DNA of 64,000 nucleotides from Octopus vulgaris (taxonomy: Eukaryota), in the NCBI GenBank assembly GCA_951406725.2, contig OX597817.1, positions 123,876,001-123,940,000 on the forward strand, written 5' to 3'. The notes under the pieces are model-generated. The model was given only the letters and a program-made list of their open reading frames with translations. It had not been told where the DNA came from and made no database searches. Below, piece by piece: positions 26,841-39,594 of the stretch (its first letter is position 1; every line of letters starts with the position of its first letter). A program made the position numbers and the translations under genes.

Positions 26841-27635
26841 CAAGAAACCAAGAATGCAAAGAGCTGAAACATGTACTGCAAGGTACTTCTTCCAATGTTC
26901 TTATATTTCCAGCAATCTGCTGCCCTGCGCTGGTACTTTATTTTATTGACCTTTAGAAAAGATAAAACGCAAAACAAACTCCAGTGAGATTTGAACACAC
27001 AGTGCAAAGAACCAGTAATAATATCACAACACATTTGTGTAACCCATTACCGAGCACCACTATGGTCAATTACATTCCAACTATATTTATCCCAACTTTT
27101 ATTCAATGCGAGTACAAAGTGAGAGAAATTTAGCTGATATTTTAGATCAGGCTACCTTACATAATCTTCTTGGTTCATTTTTGATGTCACTTTTGCTACT
27201 GTTTTTAATGATTTTGTTGTTTATATCCAGACTAGTTTCTTAAATGAGCAGACTATTTTATGTGTGATTAAACATAAAATATGTACATTAACACACATTG
27301 TGTGTGTGTGTGCGTGTGTGTGCATGTGTGTATATGTGTCTGTGTGAGCATGTACCTGCATGTGTGTATGTGTATTTATCTGTGGGTGTGTTTCTGTGTC
27401 CATCACTTTGTTTATATTTGTATTTATCAATCTAAGAATTAGTTTTTATTTGTGCAACATTCCTTTCTCTCCTGTAACTTAGTGGTTCTACAATTAGAGA
27501 TTGATAAAATAAATATGGGGTACAAATGATTATAACAAATAATGTTGATCTGACTTAGGGAAACTATGAATCTGGTGCCCCAGCGTGGATGTATTTCAAT
27601 GAGTGAAGTCAATAAAAGAATAAAAGAAATTAAAA

Positions 27636-27910
27636 TGGTTGTGGCTGGTGGTGGTAGAGGTGGCTGGTGGCGGTGGAGGTGGCTGGTGGTGGCAGAGGTG
27701 GCTGTTAGTGATGATGATGATGATGATGCTGACAACAAACGATGACACTGACGCTGATGACGACAATGATGCCAATGCCATTGCCACCACTGATACCACC
27801 ACCACCACCACCACCACCATCAATAGCGCCACTGCTGACTGCCACACCGCCACCATCAATGCCACTGCAAAACACCACTAACACTGCCACCAACAACAAC
27901 GATGATGCCA
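27636..27910. repeat. low-complexity (GGT)/(GAT)/(CAC) tract
   Basis: Direct reading. Confidence 0.85.
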
Positions 27911-28282
27911 GTGACAAAAACAGACAATGATTTAGTTGTAGCATATGTTGTTCTTGTTGCTTTGCCATGCTGGAGCATACATAAGATCAAAGACATTCCA
28001 GCTCTGATTAGCCTGGTCTCATATTTAAGGTTTCTCTAGCACCACATTATCTAAACATTTCTTCCTCTTTTTAAACACCTAGAATATCATTTCAGAAAGA
28101 GTTAACTGGTAATTCTTGCAGATCAAGTGAGTGAACAATTGCTTGTTATTGATTCATTGTTGTTGGCTGTTGTGAAGAAAGCAAGTTGAATTATTTTATA
28201 GAAATTTCTCATTGGCTTGGGTTTACAGACATACACAGTGTAATGAGAGAAATTGCCATTCTGAATATATGCCTTGTTATAG

Positions 28283-28620
28283 AAGGTGGATGACTCAGTG
28301 GCTGGAGTGTTAGGCTCACAATCATGAGGTAGTGAGTTCGATTCCCAGGTCAGGCTGTGTGCTTTGTGTTCTTGAGCAAGAAACGTTATTTCATATTGCT
28401 CCAGTTCACTCAGCTGTAGAAATGAGTTGCAATGTCACTAGTGCCAAGCTGTATCAGCTTTTGTCTTTCCCTTGGATAACGTCAGTAGTATAGAGAGGCA
28501 GGCTGGTACGCATGGGTGACTGCTGGTCTTCCATAAACAACCTTTCCTGGACTTGTGCCTTGCAGAGAAAATTTCTAGGTGCAATCCCAGGGTTATTCAT
28601 GACCAAATGGGGTCTTTACA
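28283..28620 (+). mobile_element. SINE family C
   Basis: TGACTCAGTGGCTGGAGTG...GAGTTCGATTCCC...GTGTTCTTGAGCAAG...CTCCAGTTCACTCAGCTGTAGAAATGAGT; colinear with 40365-40660. Confidence 0.85.
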
Positions 28621-29029
28621 TTTTTATAATACTCCGTCATTTTTCATCTGTTTGTAGTCAACAGAATTAGTACCACTGATACACCGAATTGGTTGGCTAA
28701 AATCTTTGGGCTATAACTGCAGAAGTAGACCTGCTATCCATTCTAAGAGTGTTTCTATTCTAAATGTGTTACTGAAAGCTTTGGTTTCATTTCATTTATG
28801 TTGGGCAAACCAACCTAGTACAGTGATTGAGAACTAATCTATAATATGCTTTTCAACAGTGACACATTGCACGTTTTTAGGTGACAGTTTGCAACCTTTG
28901 AAAAGAGATAATTTCCCAGTAATATCATGATATGAAATATGAGTAAAACTAAATTACACAAATTCATGTAAACGAGACTTTGATAACAGGATTGTTAAAG
29001 CAATTAAATTTTAATTATCATTTATCTCT

Positions 29030-29170
29030 TTTCTTTTACTTGTTTCAGTCAATTTTACTGTCGCCATGCTGGAGTCTAATGGTGGTGGACAAACACAGAC
29101 ACAAAGACACACAAACAAGCACACACACAAACAAACAAACACACAAACATACACTCACATCCATATATAT

Positions 29171-29218
<48 letters not shown>

Positions 29219-29400
29219 ATATGTATATATATATATATATATATACACACACTATGGTCTTCTTTCAGTTTCCTTCTGCCAAATCCACTCACAAGTCTTT
29301 GATCAGCCTGCAGCTATAGTAGAAGACACTTGCCCAAGATGCCACACAGTGGAACTGAACATGGAACCATGTGGTTGTGAAGGAAATTTCTTACAGAGCC
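29030..29400 (-). mobile_element. SINE family B (internal deletion)
   Basis: Family tail, expanded CA/TA tract, CACTTGCCCAAG...GAACCATGTGGTTG. Confidence 0.8.
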
Positions 29401-29436
29401 ATCATCATCATTGTGTTGTTATTATTCATATTATTT

Positions 29437-29652
29437 AAGGCAGCAAGCTGACAGAATCATTGGCATGCTGGGCAAAATGTTTAATTGTATTTTGCCGGTC
29501 ACTATGTTCTGAGTTCAAATTCCGCTGAGGTCGACTTTGTCTTTCATTCTTTCAGAATCAATAAATTAAGTACCAGTGATACACAGGGGTCACTGAAATT
29601 GACTAGTCTTCTACCGTCAAGTTTCAGGCTTTGTGCCTATAGTAGAAAGGAT
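29437..29652 (+). mobile_element. SINE family A
   Basis: AAGGCAGCAAGCTGACAGAATC...GAGTTCAAATTCCGCTGAGGTCGACTTTG. Confidence 0.82.
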
Positions 29653-30369
29653 TTTTATTCATATCATTATTGTCATCATCATCATCATTGATGTTGTTAT
29701 TATAATTGTCATCACCATAGTTATCATCGTCATGGTGGACAACATTGCTACCATCATCATTGCTTCATGGCCATCATCGTTGACACTGTCATTTTCATAT
29801 GCCTTATCATCATTATTGTCATCATTATCATTGTGGTCATCATCGTCATCATCCACTCCTTTTCCTTCTTTCTCTCTTCCTCCTCCTCCTCCTCCTCATC
29901 ATCATCATCATCACCGCTATAATTACTATCACTGTTGCAATTGTCATCATCAATGGTAGCTATATCATTATTGTATTCCCATCATCACCATTATAATCAA
30001 AATAATAGTTTTAGCATTCACTTTTTCCTAAAATAAGGTTTGGATAAGATGAGCCTTATTGAAGCAATATTCTATAACTGGATGGACTTGTTGGTGCCAA
30101 CCCTAACTTGTTTTCCAAGTAAGTTATTTTTATTCCAATGGCTTTCACAAGTCAAAACCAATGAAATTGACAAGCTATAAATGTTATATTTATAGAAAAT
30201 GTAAACATTACATTACTGTTGCACAAATGATGACAAAAAACAAACAAACATATCAACATAAATATCTATGCAATCACACACACATACACACATTTGCCTT
30301 TTGTTTTGAACTTGCTTGCTCTGAGAAATTATCCCACCTCTTCAATTATTTTATTTCATTTTCTTCTAA

Positions 30370-30790
30370 CATGGGTTCTCAGATGATTGTAGAGAACCAT
30401 ATATTTTCAAAGCATTTATTAACATTCCTTGGTGAAACTATTGGTGATCTTTCACTGATGGTGACTGGCCATCTATCTCTAATCTGATGTTTTTGGTGAT
30501 CCTTGTCTTTTATGTCTTACTCAAAGAATTCACAGCCAAAATGACAGAACTTCATTGCTTTTTATCCTTTGTGACAGTTTCAAACCCCTTTAGTTGGATG
30601 CTGTGATGTGCAAAATTTTCCTTCAAGACATCTTTGAACCTCTGTGGTGGTCTTCCATGATGCTTTCCTGGTGTCACTTCAGAATGAAAGTTATCCCCAG
30701 GAGTCATTTATTGTTCATCCTTTCAATATGATCATTTCGTTGTACCTGGTGCCTAAAGACTGTTGCCTTAATAGTTGTCTTTTATGCTTA
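30370..30790 (-). mobile_element. RTE-clade LINE C-terminal remnant
   Basis: HIERMNNK*LL then GKHHGRPPQRFKDVLKENFAHHSIQLKGFETVTKDKKQ*, matching GHV.RM...RLPK / G.R..GRP..RFKD.LK...WE..A.DR..W; decayed NHLRTH zinc-finger end. Confidence 0.68.
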
Positions 30791-30899
30791 CTTTGGGACA
30801 TGGATGTTGGATTATTTTTATTCCTAAATATTATTTAGAAGTGAAAAATATTTTGCTCGACGAAGCTGTTCAAGTTGCTTGATGTAGCATTTACAAATA

Positions 30900-31480
30900 A
30901 TCCATATCTTTCAAGCAAAAAGAAATTTATAGAAATCTACTGCTCAGTACATGGTCAGCTCAATGGTAGTTTCATATCAATGTACAATTTAACCAAAGCT
31001 TTTGAAAGCAAATACTGTGAAGCTCTATGGGAAGCACTTCAAATACTTTGCATTCCACTGAAATTCCTTGCTATCATTTGCTTCTATCATGACCACATAA
31101 AATATTTAGCGGTATCATGCAGACCAGCAAGGTGGCGAGCTGGCAGAATTGGTAGCACGCCAGGTGAAATGCTTAGCGGTACTTCGTCTGCTGCTATGTT
31201 CTCAGTTCAAATTCCGCTGAGGTCGACTTTGCCTTTCATCCTTTTGGGGTCGATAAATTAAGTACCAGTTACGCACTGGGGTCAATATAATTGACTTAAT
31301 CCATTTGTCTGTCCTTGTTTGTCCTCTCTGTGTTTAGCCCCCTGTGGGTAGTAAAGAAACAGGTATCATGCAGATCAGTATTACCATCACATGGCATAAA
31401 AACTGGTGTGAAGCAAAGAGCTATCCTTGCACCAACGTTCTTCTCACTATACTTCTGTGCTGTTCATATGATGACTGTAA
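30900..31480 (+). mobile_element. RTE-clade reverse transcriptase remnant interrupted by a SINE
   Basis: YNLTKAFES...EALWEALQILCIPLKFLAII and, after the SINE, IKTGVKQRAILAPTFFSLYF (DLTKAFD / GVKQGCVLAPTLF motifs). Confidence 0.78.
31128..31361 (+). mobile_element. SINE family A with ~17-bp TSD
   Basis: GGTATCATGCAGA(C/T)CAG at 31111-31127 and 31362-31378. Confidence 0.92.
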
Positions 31481-32087
31481 AGGAAAATTGGACTCCTTTA
31501 CATGTATGTATGTATGTATGTATGTATGTGTAATAGGCTTCTGTGTAGTTTCTATCTACCAGTTTCACACATAATGTTTAGTTCAGCCTAAAGCTATAAC
31601 AAGTGACACTTGCCCATGGTGCAATACAGTGAAATTGATCCATGTGTTTAAAAATCACCCCTACTAGTCCCACAGGCTATTTTGATAGTGGCTGTAATTC
31701 CAACCTGTGTAAGCATCAAGTGGTTCCTCTTTGGCTTTGCTTTTACTTGGAAGATTTGAGAAGAAACATGAAAATTTGTCTGACCAAATACTATTTTCCT
31801 CTTAAATAGATTATATAAAACTAAAAAGCTTTTTTCTATATTCATTCATGATATTAATATATTTTCACTGATATTGAACTACCTACATCATATTACAAGG
31901 AATTTATTTTTCTATCAACATCCAGTATTAAATGTAATAAAATTTGTTTCATCAAATTATATCCCACTCATACAAACTTAAGAAAAACACTACGGAGATA
32001 ATACTTCATAATATATTGAATAAATAACAACATTGATGTTTCATCCAATAATGATGATGATGATGATGATGATGATAATAATAATAA

Positions 32088-32280
32088 TCTTTTCTACTAT
32101 AGGCACAAGGCCTGAAATTTTGTGAAAAGAAACTAGTTGATTACATTAACCCCGGTGTTTAATTAGCATTTACTTCATCAACTCTGAAAGGATGAAAAGC
32201 AAAGTCAACTTCAGCTTAATTTATACTCAGAATGTAGCGGCAGATGAAATATCATTAAGCATTTCACCTGGCATGCTAAA
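32088..32280 (-). mobile_element. SINE family A, 5' truncated
   Basis: AGGCACAAGGCCTGAAATTTT...GGATGAAAAGCAAAGTCAAC. Confidence 0.75.
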
Positions 32281-32379
32281 ATAGTAATAATAATAAGAAG
32301 AAGAAGAAGAAGAAGAAGAAGAATAATGATAATGATGATGATGATGATGATGATGATGATATTAATAATAATAATTATG

Positions 32380-32442
<63 letters not shown>

Positions 32443-32461
32443 GTAATAATAATAATAATAT
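32281..32461. repeat. compound (AAG)(GAT)(AAT)n microsatellite
   Basis: Direct reading. Confidence 0.93.
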
Positions 32462-33347
32462 TTTTAGAACCATGATAAAACGATGGCAAGAAAAGCCCCT
32501 TCATGGTAAATACTGGATTAAACTAAATGCAAAAGAAATAGACAAAGAAAAATCCCAGCAATGGTTGAGAAGCTCAGGACTCAAAGCAGAGACAGAGGGA
32601 TTTTTAATTGCAGCACAAGACCAAAGCCTCCCCACCAGAAATTACCAAAAACATGTAATGAAAAGAAATATAACAAGTAACTGCAGAATATGTGGAGATG
32701 GACAAGAAACAATAAATCATATTATCTCTGGTTGCCCAGTCTTGGCTAAGAAGGAATATATCCACAGATATGACAGAGTTGGAACCTACATACACTGGAA
32801 GCTATGCCAACATTATGGAATAACAACAGAAAAAAGATGGTATAGGCACACACCAGAAAAAGTCACAGAAAACGAGAAAGCAACCATACTCTGGGATATG
32901 CTGATACACACAGATAGAGAAATTAAGGCCAACAGACCAGATATAGTTGTCAGAGATCAGGAAGAAAAAAATGCTTTCTAATTGATGTATCAATACCGGC
33001 AGATGACAACTTGTCTCTAAAAGAAATGGAGAAACTTTCAAAATACAAAGACCTGGAAATAGAGGTAACCAGAATGTGGAATCTAAAAACAGAAACAATT
33101 CCTATCATAGTAGGTGCATTAGGCATGATAAAAAAATATTCAGACAAATACATAACAAAAACACCAGGACATACAAAGACATATAACATACAGAAAATTG
33201 CACTACTAAGCACTGCACACATCCTACGCAGAACACTTTCCATACAATAACCATCAGAGCATCACAACAAATCACAGCACATACCCAAGGCACACAGAGC
33301 TGCGCTCAGTAGTGAAGTGAAAGCACGCTATAAAAATAAAACTACTG
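32462..33347 (+). mobile_element. 5'-truncated R4/Dong-clade non-LTR retrotransposon in a (TAA)n array
   Basis: KPLHG, ETEGFLIAAQDQ, CRICG-x4-TINHIISGC (CCHC), NRPDIVV...IDVSIP...EKLSKYKDL...PIIVGALG (restriction-like endonuclease); (AAT)n on both flanks. Confidence 0.9.
32472..33250 (+). pseudogene. zinc knuckle plus PD-(D/E)xK endonuclease region of R4/Dong ORF
   Basis: ORFs 32472-32981 and 33011-33250 join through one frameshift in the A-run near 32970. Confidence 0.88.
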
Positions 33348-33444
33348 AATAATAATAATAATAATAATGGTAATGATGATAATGATAATAATAATAATGG
33401 TAATGATGATAATGATAATAATAATAATGGTAATGATGATAATG

Positions 33445-33532
<88 letters not shown>

Positions 33533-33569
33533 TAATAATAATAATCATAATCATAATAATAATAATAAC

Positions 33570-33605
<36 letters not shown>

Positions 33606-33616
33606 TTTAATAATAA
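33348..33616. repeat. (AAT)n microsatellite with 30-bp higher-order repeats
   Basis: ATGGTAATGATGATAATGATAATAATAATA repeated three times. Confidence 0.93.
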
Positions 33617-33805
33617 TGGTTTCAAATTTTTTGGTATAATGCCAGTAAGTTTGGGAGACGAGGCAAGCTGGTTGCTTTATCCCCAGTGCTGAACTGGTAC
33701 TTATTTTATCAATCTCAAAAGAATGATAGGCAAAGTGGACCTCGGGGGAATTTGAACTCACATCATAAAGAAGTACAAAGTGCTGCTAAATATTTCGCCC
33801 AGCCC
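33617..33805 (-). mobile_element. SINE family A, diverged
   Basis: AACTGGTACTTATTTTATC...GGCAAAGTGGACCTCGG...GAATTTGAACTCA. Confidence 0.72.
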
Positions 33806-35149
33806 CAAAATAAGCGAATTATGAAAAAGAAAATGTAACTGCATCCTTGCTCATTCTATTGTTTTTCCTTTTTCTCACTTTCAATTGCATGGTACCTCAA
33901 CTGTTAGCATCTTTGAATGCAAAACTTTGTTGTTCCTTCATGTCTCTTGTTGAGGCTTAGGTGCAGCTCATTAGTTAAAGCAGAGTCGGAATGCTGGAAT
34001 TGAAAAGAGAAACAAAAATAGATGTTTTGAAAATATTAAAAAGTAACGCACAGAAATATCTTTTATTCTTTTAGTCATGATGGATGTTAGTGCTTTTGTT
34101 TCTTCATAAGCACTGGGTGGGATGAAGATACCCTCAAACCAGAGCGAATTCTGCTAAAGGCACACAAAGTGCCAGGTGGTGGTTTTTGACCAGGTGATGA
34201 ATTAAATTTACTACTCATATAGACCATGGTGAGATATGAACTTGGAGGATGAGGTGCCAGAACAAGAAGACCGAAGCATCTGAAATAACATCATTATAGT
34301 TTCTGCAATCACCCACCTCAGCAGGATTTGAACTCAGAGCACACACAATAAGAACAAATATTTCAGTATTTGACAGTTACCTTATTTTACCAACCCCAGT
34401 ATGATGAAAGGCCAAGTTGATCTCACACAGAGATGCTTTCAGTTGAGCAGTTAAAATATGATATAAAAATAAGACATAACAATACAAATAGCACTAGATT
34501 TAAGCATAAATTAAACTGGTTATAGCTTAGAGATTTATATATGTTTCCAGTTTTTTAGAAGAAACTTCTGGCATAATTTTTAATGAAGATCCTCCAAGAA
34601 TTCTATAGCTCAGGGGCTTAGTAAGGTTAAATCCAGAATTGCATACAAATAACATTCTGCATCAACCAAAAGACAATGCTGAGCATATGCTTATGGTAGA
34701 GATACCTCTACCAAACCTTAACATTTTTAAAATATGGAAATGATACAATGAATTCCTAAAAGCGTGTCCAGAAACAATACCTGGAAAAAAATGTAAGACT
34801 GTTATGATTGGAATATCTTTGATCAGGGATGATTTGAGATTAAACAATAAAAAATATGTTGTTCCACTGGAATATACATGCACAGTTAATTGCAAAGTAG
34901 AAGCATGGAACTATTGAAAATGATAATAATGATTCCTAACATTTGCACAAGACAACAAATACTCAGTAAAGAGTCAATTCAATTTACTACTGAAGTTGAT
35001 TGATACTTTATCAAATCATGAAAGACAAAGCTGATCTCAATGAAATATAAATTGATGACAATAACAGTAATACATATAGTGAATTAGAAATCAAACTTTT
35101 ATAAATGGAATTACTGTCCTATAATGTAAGTTCCTGGATCTGAAGAAAA

Positions 35150-35485
35150 ATGTGTGGCTGTGTAGTAAAAAGTTTACTTTCCAACCACATGGTTCTGGGT
35201 TCAGTCCCACTGCATGGCATCTTCAGCAAATCTTCTGTTACAGCCTTTGGATGGCCAAAGTCTTGTGAGTTGGTTTGGTGGCCTGTTGCATATATATGTG
35301 TGTGAGTGTGTGTGTCATTGTGTTTGCACCCTCTCCCTAGATAAGTGGTATTGGTTTCGTTATGTCCCTGTAACTTAGCAGTTTGGCAAAGGAGATTCAC
35401 AGAATAAGTCCCAGGCTCAAAAATAAGTAGTGATCGATTCTAGGTAATGCCTCAGCATAGCCACAGTCAAATGACTGAAACAAGG
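35150..35485 (+). mobile_element. SINE family B
   Basis: GTGTGGCTGTGTAGTAAAAAG...GGGTTCAGTCCCACTGC...CACAGTCAAATGACTGAAACAAG. Confidence 0.8.
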
Positions 35486-36510
35486 ATTATATAAAAGATA
35501 AATATAAATTACAGTGAATTAGCTTTCACACTAAATATTAGAGTGAAAAATCTAATATTTTGAACAAATAGTCCCTATTCAGAGAACAGACTACTACAAA
35601 GGGTAATCCCAAGGCAATTTCTGTGCCTATGGTATTAGTCTCTGAATACTTTCTCACTGAAGAAGGACAATCTGTTGGAAATACTTTTCATATTAAATCA
35701 CTTCACTGTATTATTTCTTTTCCATGAACTTAAATGCATTATATTCAATTTTGAAATTGCAAATCCTGTAGCCAAGACATCATAAAGGATTATTAGCCAA
35801 GGACATAATGTTCAATTTTCCTTAGTGTAAATGGGGACGTTATCCTGTTATAGAATGCTGTTCTCATTAGATGATTGATGAATCTAATTTCTTTCCAGGT
35901 TTTAATAATCCTTGAAAGCATGCTGAATACTGAATGCATACGTGACTCAAAAATATTATTTACATCAATCTTTTAGAGTACATTAAGAGCCTTGATCACT
36001 GTTCATGTTACTGAGTGTATAATATGAAGACAAGAAAATTAACTCAGAAATATCTCTTACATCAATCTCAAAGAGGAAAAGAGTTTGGACTCTTTTATAC
36101 TGTTATGAGACTGATACAAGGTCAAGATTGTTAATGAAATTGAGGAAGAAAATTAATGAAATTCTTGTAGTTGTCGTTTAGTACTAAGTTGGCACTGATC
36201 TTGCAAACTGATAATTATAGGCATTCTAGCTGTAATGTTCCTAGCTTCTGTAATTTTAGAAAGACTAAGTTGCTATTTCTTGAAGAACCTGTGACCACAT
36301 AGAAACTTCCTCAAGTTAGCATTAATACTGATTTTATTGTGGTTTTTAACCCCTTAATAACCGTTCTCACACAGAATTATAATCCTATGTGTTTCAGCTT
36401 TTTGTATATTTAGCTTTATATTCTATAAATGTCCTTCCTTCCTTTATGATAGTAGAAAATGATTTAAGTGAAATTTGGTTGCTACTTCAGCAGAATTCTG
36501 CTTTGCACAC

Positions 36511-36948
36511 AGCATATAACCCCTCATTATTTTTTTATTCTTTCAAATTTTCAGAAAATATTTGTGAATTTGTGTTATACACACAGGAATTCATACAACT
36601 ATGCAAAAAAATTTTTTTAACTTTTCAAAATTTAAGTTTTTTGAATTTTTGAATTTTTTTCAAATCAGTTTAAAATACGTACAGTTCAAATTTTTGGCTT
36701 AAATTCCAGACATAGACTATTAAATGTCTTTATGGGGAAAAGATAAATATCAATATGTCTGAGTGACAAAAACACTGTATGAGGTGGTCAAGAGATGTGC
36801 TAAAGATAACAGCTAAATACCCCTTAAGTCACAAAAATTGTTTTCTTTGGTTTTGCATAATGGTATGATTTCTCCTGTGTAGAACACAAATGCACAGAAA
36901 TTTTCTGAAAATTCCGAAACTTAAAAAATTTATAAAGGGTTATATGCA
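36511..36948. mobile_element. MITE-like element with ~100-bp imperfect terminal inverted repeats
   Basis: GCATATAACCC...AATTTTCAGAAAAT...TTTGTGTT.TACAC...TATGCAAAA (36512-36608) is inverted at 36851-36947. Confidence 0.7.
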
Positions 36949-36999
36949 GGATTCTGCCACTATTTATGACCTAGGGGCAAACTGTAATTGCAACAATTT

Positions 37000-37872
37000 T
37001 ACAGGATGTTCAGACTAACTTTGACAATGATTCATGTTCCTTCTTTTTCAGGAACAACTTGATGTCTTGATGAACAGTCAAAAGCACTGAAAAACATAAA
37101 GATTAAAGTTAAGAGAAAAGGTTAGCTGGCATGGAGTACTGGAAACCATCTGAATATAGGAAAAGAGTTAACTGTATCATGATGATTTGCACTGGGTGTC
37201 AAAATGCTGACATCATGACTATTGTTCAATGCTTTTGTGAACACTAAAGGCTGTATGATGTGATATGGATATCATGAAAACCAAGTTCTTTAAACTGTGA
37301 TGGTTGTTGGGTGTGTCTCCTGTGATTGAGATGTCATAGCACTCCACATCTTTAGGTTCAATTCAGACAGCTATGTAAAACTGTTGGAGACTGTGTCAAT
37401 CCCTGACTAGAGATAGTTGTTGCTGGAAGGTCATATGTATGGAAGCAGGGTTCGGCTCCTTGTCATACCTCTAGAAATAGTCAAAAGTGGTTATCAGAGA
37501 ATTCCTATGAATTCACCAGACCCAATTTCTGGTCTTCCGATTCCACTGATTGTAATCTCATAAATTACTGTGTGTGTGATATGGTTTAGAAAAACACCAA
37601 CTATTTTACCAGTAACACCAAGGCTGAGCTGGTGGCCAAAGTCAAAGAGGTCTTCAAAGACCTTCTCAAGAGCACAGTGAGGAACTCATGCACCAGGTTC
37701 TGAAACTGTCTTTCGGGGGAAGCTGTGGGTGGTTACTTTGAGTCAAATGTTATGACCCATTCATAATTTAGTTAATAGTTTTTGATTCCTTTATATACTT
37801 TTATTTTTTGGATAGCATGTCGTGTTTTTTCCCCTTTATTTTAAACCATCAAATCTTGCCAAGAACCCTGTA
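37000..37872 (+). mobile_element. internally deleted maT/DD37D-like Tc1-mariner transposon
   Basis: MKTKF..TVMVVGCVS, NSDSYVKLLETV, GRSYVWKQGSAPCHTSRNSQKWLSEN, FWSSDSTDCNLINYCV (WPPNSPDxNPxDY), ends GGYFE; weak TIRs TACAGG...TTTGA. Confidence 0.8.
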
Positions 37873-38106
37873 ATACTTATTTCATTGTAATAATTAAGGA
37901 ACATGGAGTAGCATAAACTGTAGATATGATGATGTTGGGTCATCTGACAGTTAAAAATTTGCACCCAATTATTTTATCAGCTGTCCATTAAACTAATATC
38001 TAAGTAGAGTAAATGTGTTTCTAGAATTATGTTATGTTCATAACATAATTAATTGACAAAATCAGCAGGGGAAAAAAATGAGGATTTCAATACTGGCATG
38101 CTTTAA

Positions 38107-38324
38107 CCCTTTTCTTACCATATTTCTCTTGAAGTGCACTAACTTCGCTTACATCCATTTTAAAAATTATATATAATTTACAAAAATAACTGTCGTTATT
38201 AAACTGGTGTTTGGAACATAAATTAACCTGAAATTTTGATGGAAGGTAATAATTTCGATCACTTCAAAATAGAGTTTCTTTCAGAAAACTTGAGGTGGCG
38301 TCAGACAGGTTGGTATTAAAAGAG
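38107..38324. mobile_element. piggyBac-type (TTAA) MITE
   Basis: TTAA-CCCTTTTCTTACCA...TGGTATTAAAAGAG-TTAA; reverse-complement similarity to 52568-52788. Confidence 0.75.
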
Positions 38325-38632
38325 TTAATCACATATCTAATCAATCAGGGCTGGCCCAGATCTAAGCCTTGCCAATTATATATCTGTCAGAGACATAGCA
38401 AACCAACAAGGGAGTAACATGATAGGAACTATCCACGAACTGATTGATAGTTTTGCACTCCACCACAGACTCAGAAAGCTGCAAGGTTCCATGAGTAATT
38501 GGCAATAAATATTGATTTCTAATAATCGCATACTTCCACGAATTTTGTATAAAATTTAATCCAGTTCTTTGACAGGTACTTTATTTAGCCCCCAAAAGGA
38601 TGAAAGGCTAAAACTGAATGTAGCAGAATATT

Positions 38633-38636
<4 letters not shown>

Positions 38637-38700
<64 letters not shown>

Positions 38701-38725
38701 ACGTGTGTGTGTGTGTGTGTGCGTG
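38637..38725. repeat. (TG)n microsatellite
   Basis: Direct reading. Confidence 0.95.
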
Positions 38726-39409
38726 CATACATAAATTGCCTGAAGTGTTGTATAGATTTTATATATTAAAAAAATGAAGGTAGTCAGGATCGGGATAAAA
38801 ACTTCATTTACCAATTTTGTCCCTTTCAAAGATTCCTCATGAATCCTCTTCAGGGATTCATACGTGTGTGTGAGTGTGTGTATATATGTGTGTGTGTGTG
38901 TGCATGTGTGTGAATGTGTGTGAGTGAGTGTGTGCATGTGTGTACACATATATGAATGTATGCATTTATAGCATTGGGTTGTTAGGACGTGTGAAGATCA
39001 GCTCCTGGAAAAAATATCTCAAGCCTCCAATAGATCAAAGCAACCAGAAGTGGTCTCTAGTTTAAATATATCATATATTATTACCAGTATACTATATCTA
39101 AGAAGAATATTTCAAATTCAATCAACCTATATGCAGTTATAAGGGAAATTTCCTGACATCAAAATATCAAATCTTGTTCAACACATGTTTTCAGCAAATA
39201 ACAGATGGATGGTGTGTCAATCCCCTACAGCTGTTTCCAGTGAGTCCCTCCCCCATCATCTCATGTTAGACTTACTGTCTCTCTCTCTCTCTCTCTCTCT
39301 TATAGTTTTTCCAACCTTAAAGACAGCGTATAAAAAGATGTTAAACTGGTTGACCTTACCCTTTGAACTTGACACCCAAATCTCTTGTTGAATAAAAAAA
39401 TCTCTTGTT

Positions 39410-39563
39410 GAAGAAGAAGAAGAAGAAGAAGAAGAAGAAGAAGAAGAAGAAGAAGAAGAAGAAGAAGAAGAAGAAGAAGAAGAAGAAGAAGAAGAAGAAG
39501 AAGAAGAAGAAGAAGAAGAAGAAGAAGAAGAAGAAGAAGAAGAAGAAGAAGAAGAAGAAGAAG

Positions 39564-39593
<30 letters not shown>
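39410..39593. repeat. pure (GAA)n, about 61 units
   Basis: Direct reading; source of the poly-K/poly-S ORFs. Confidence 0.97.

Positions 39594-39594
<1 letters not shown>

Noticed and set aside
34662-34895. Minus ORF with internal TTTTTCCAG acceptor-like site
   Set aside because: Peptide unrecognisable; such sites are frequent by chance in AT-rich DNA
35676-35705. CTGAAGA-AGGACAATCTGTTG-GAAA hammerhead-like core
   Set aside because: Stem II closing pairs are broken and there is no stem I/III; at best a dead relic
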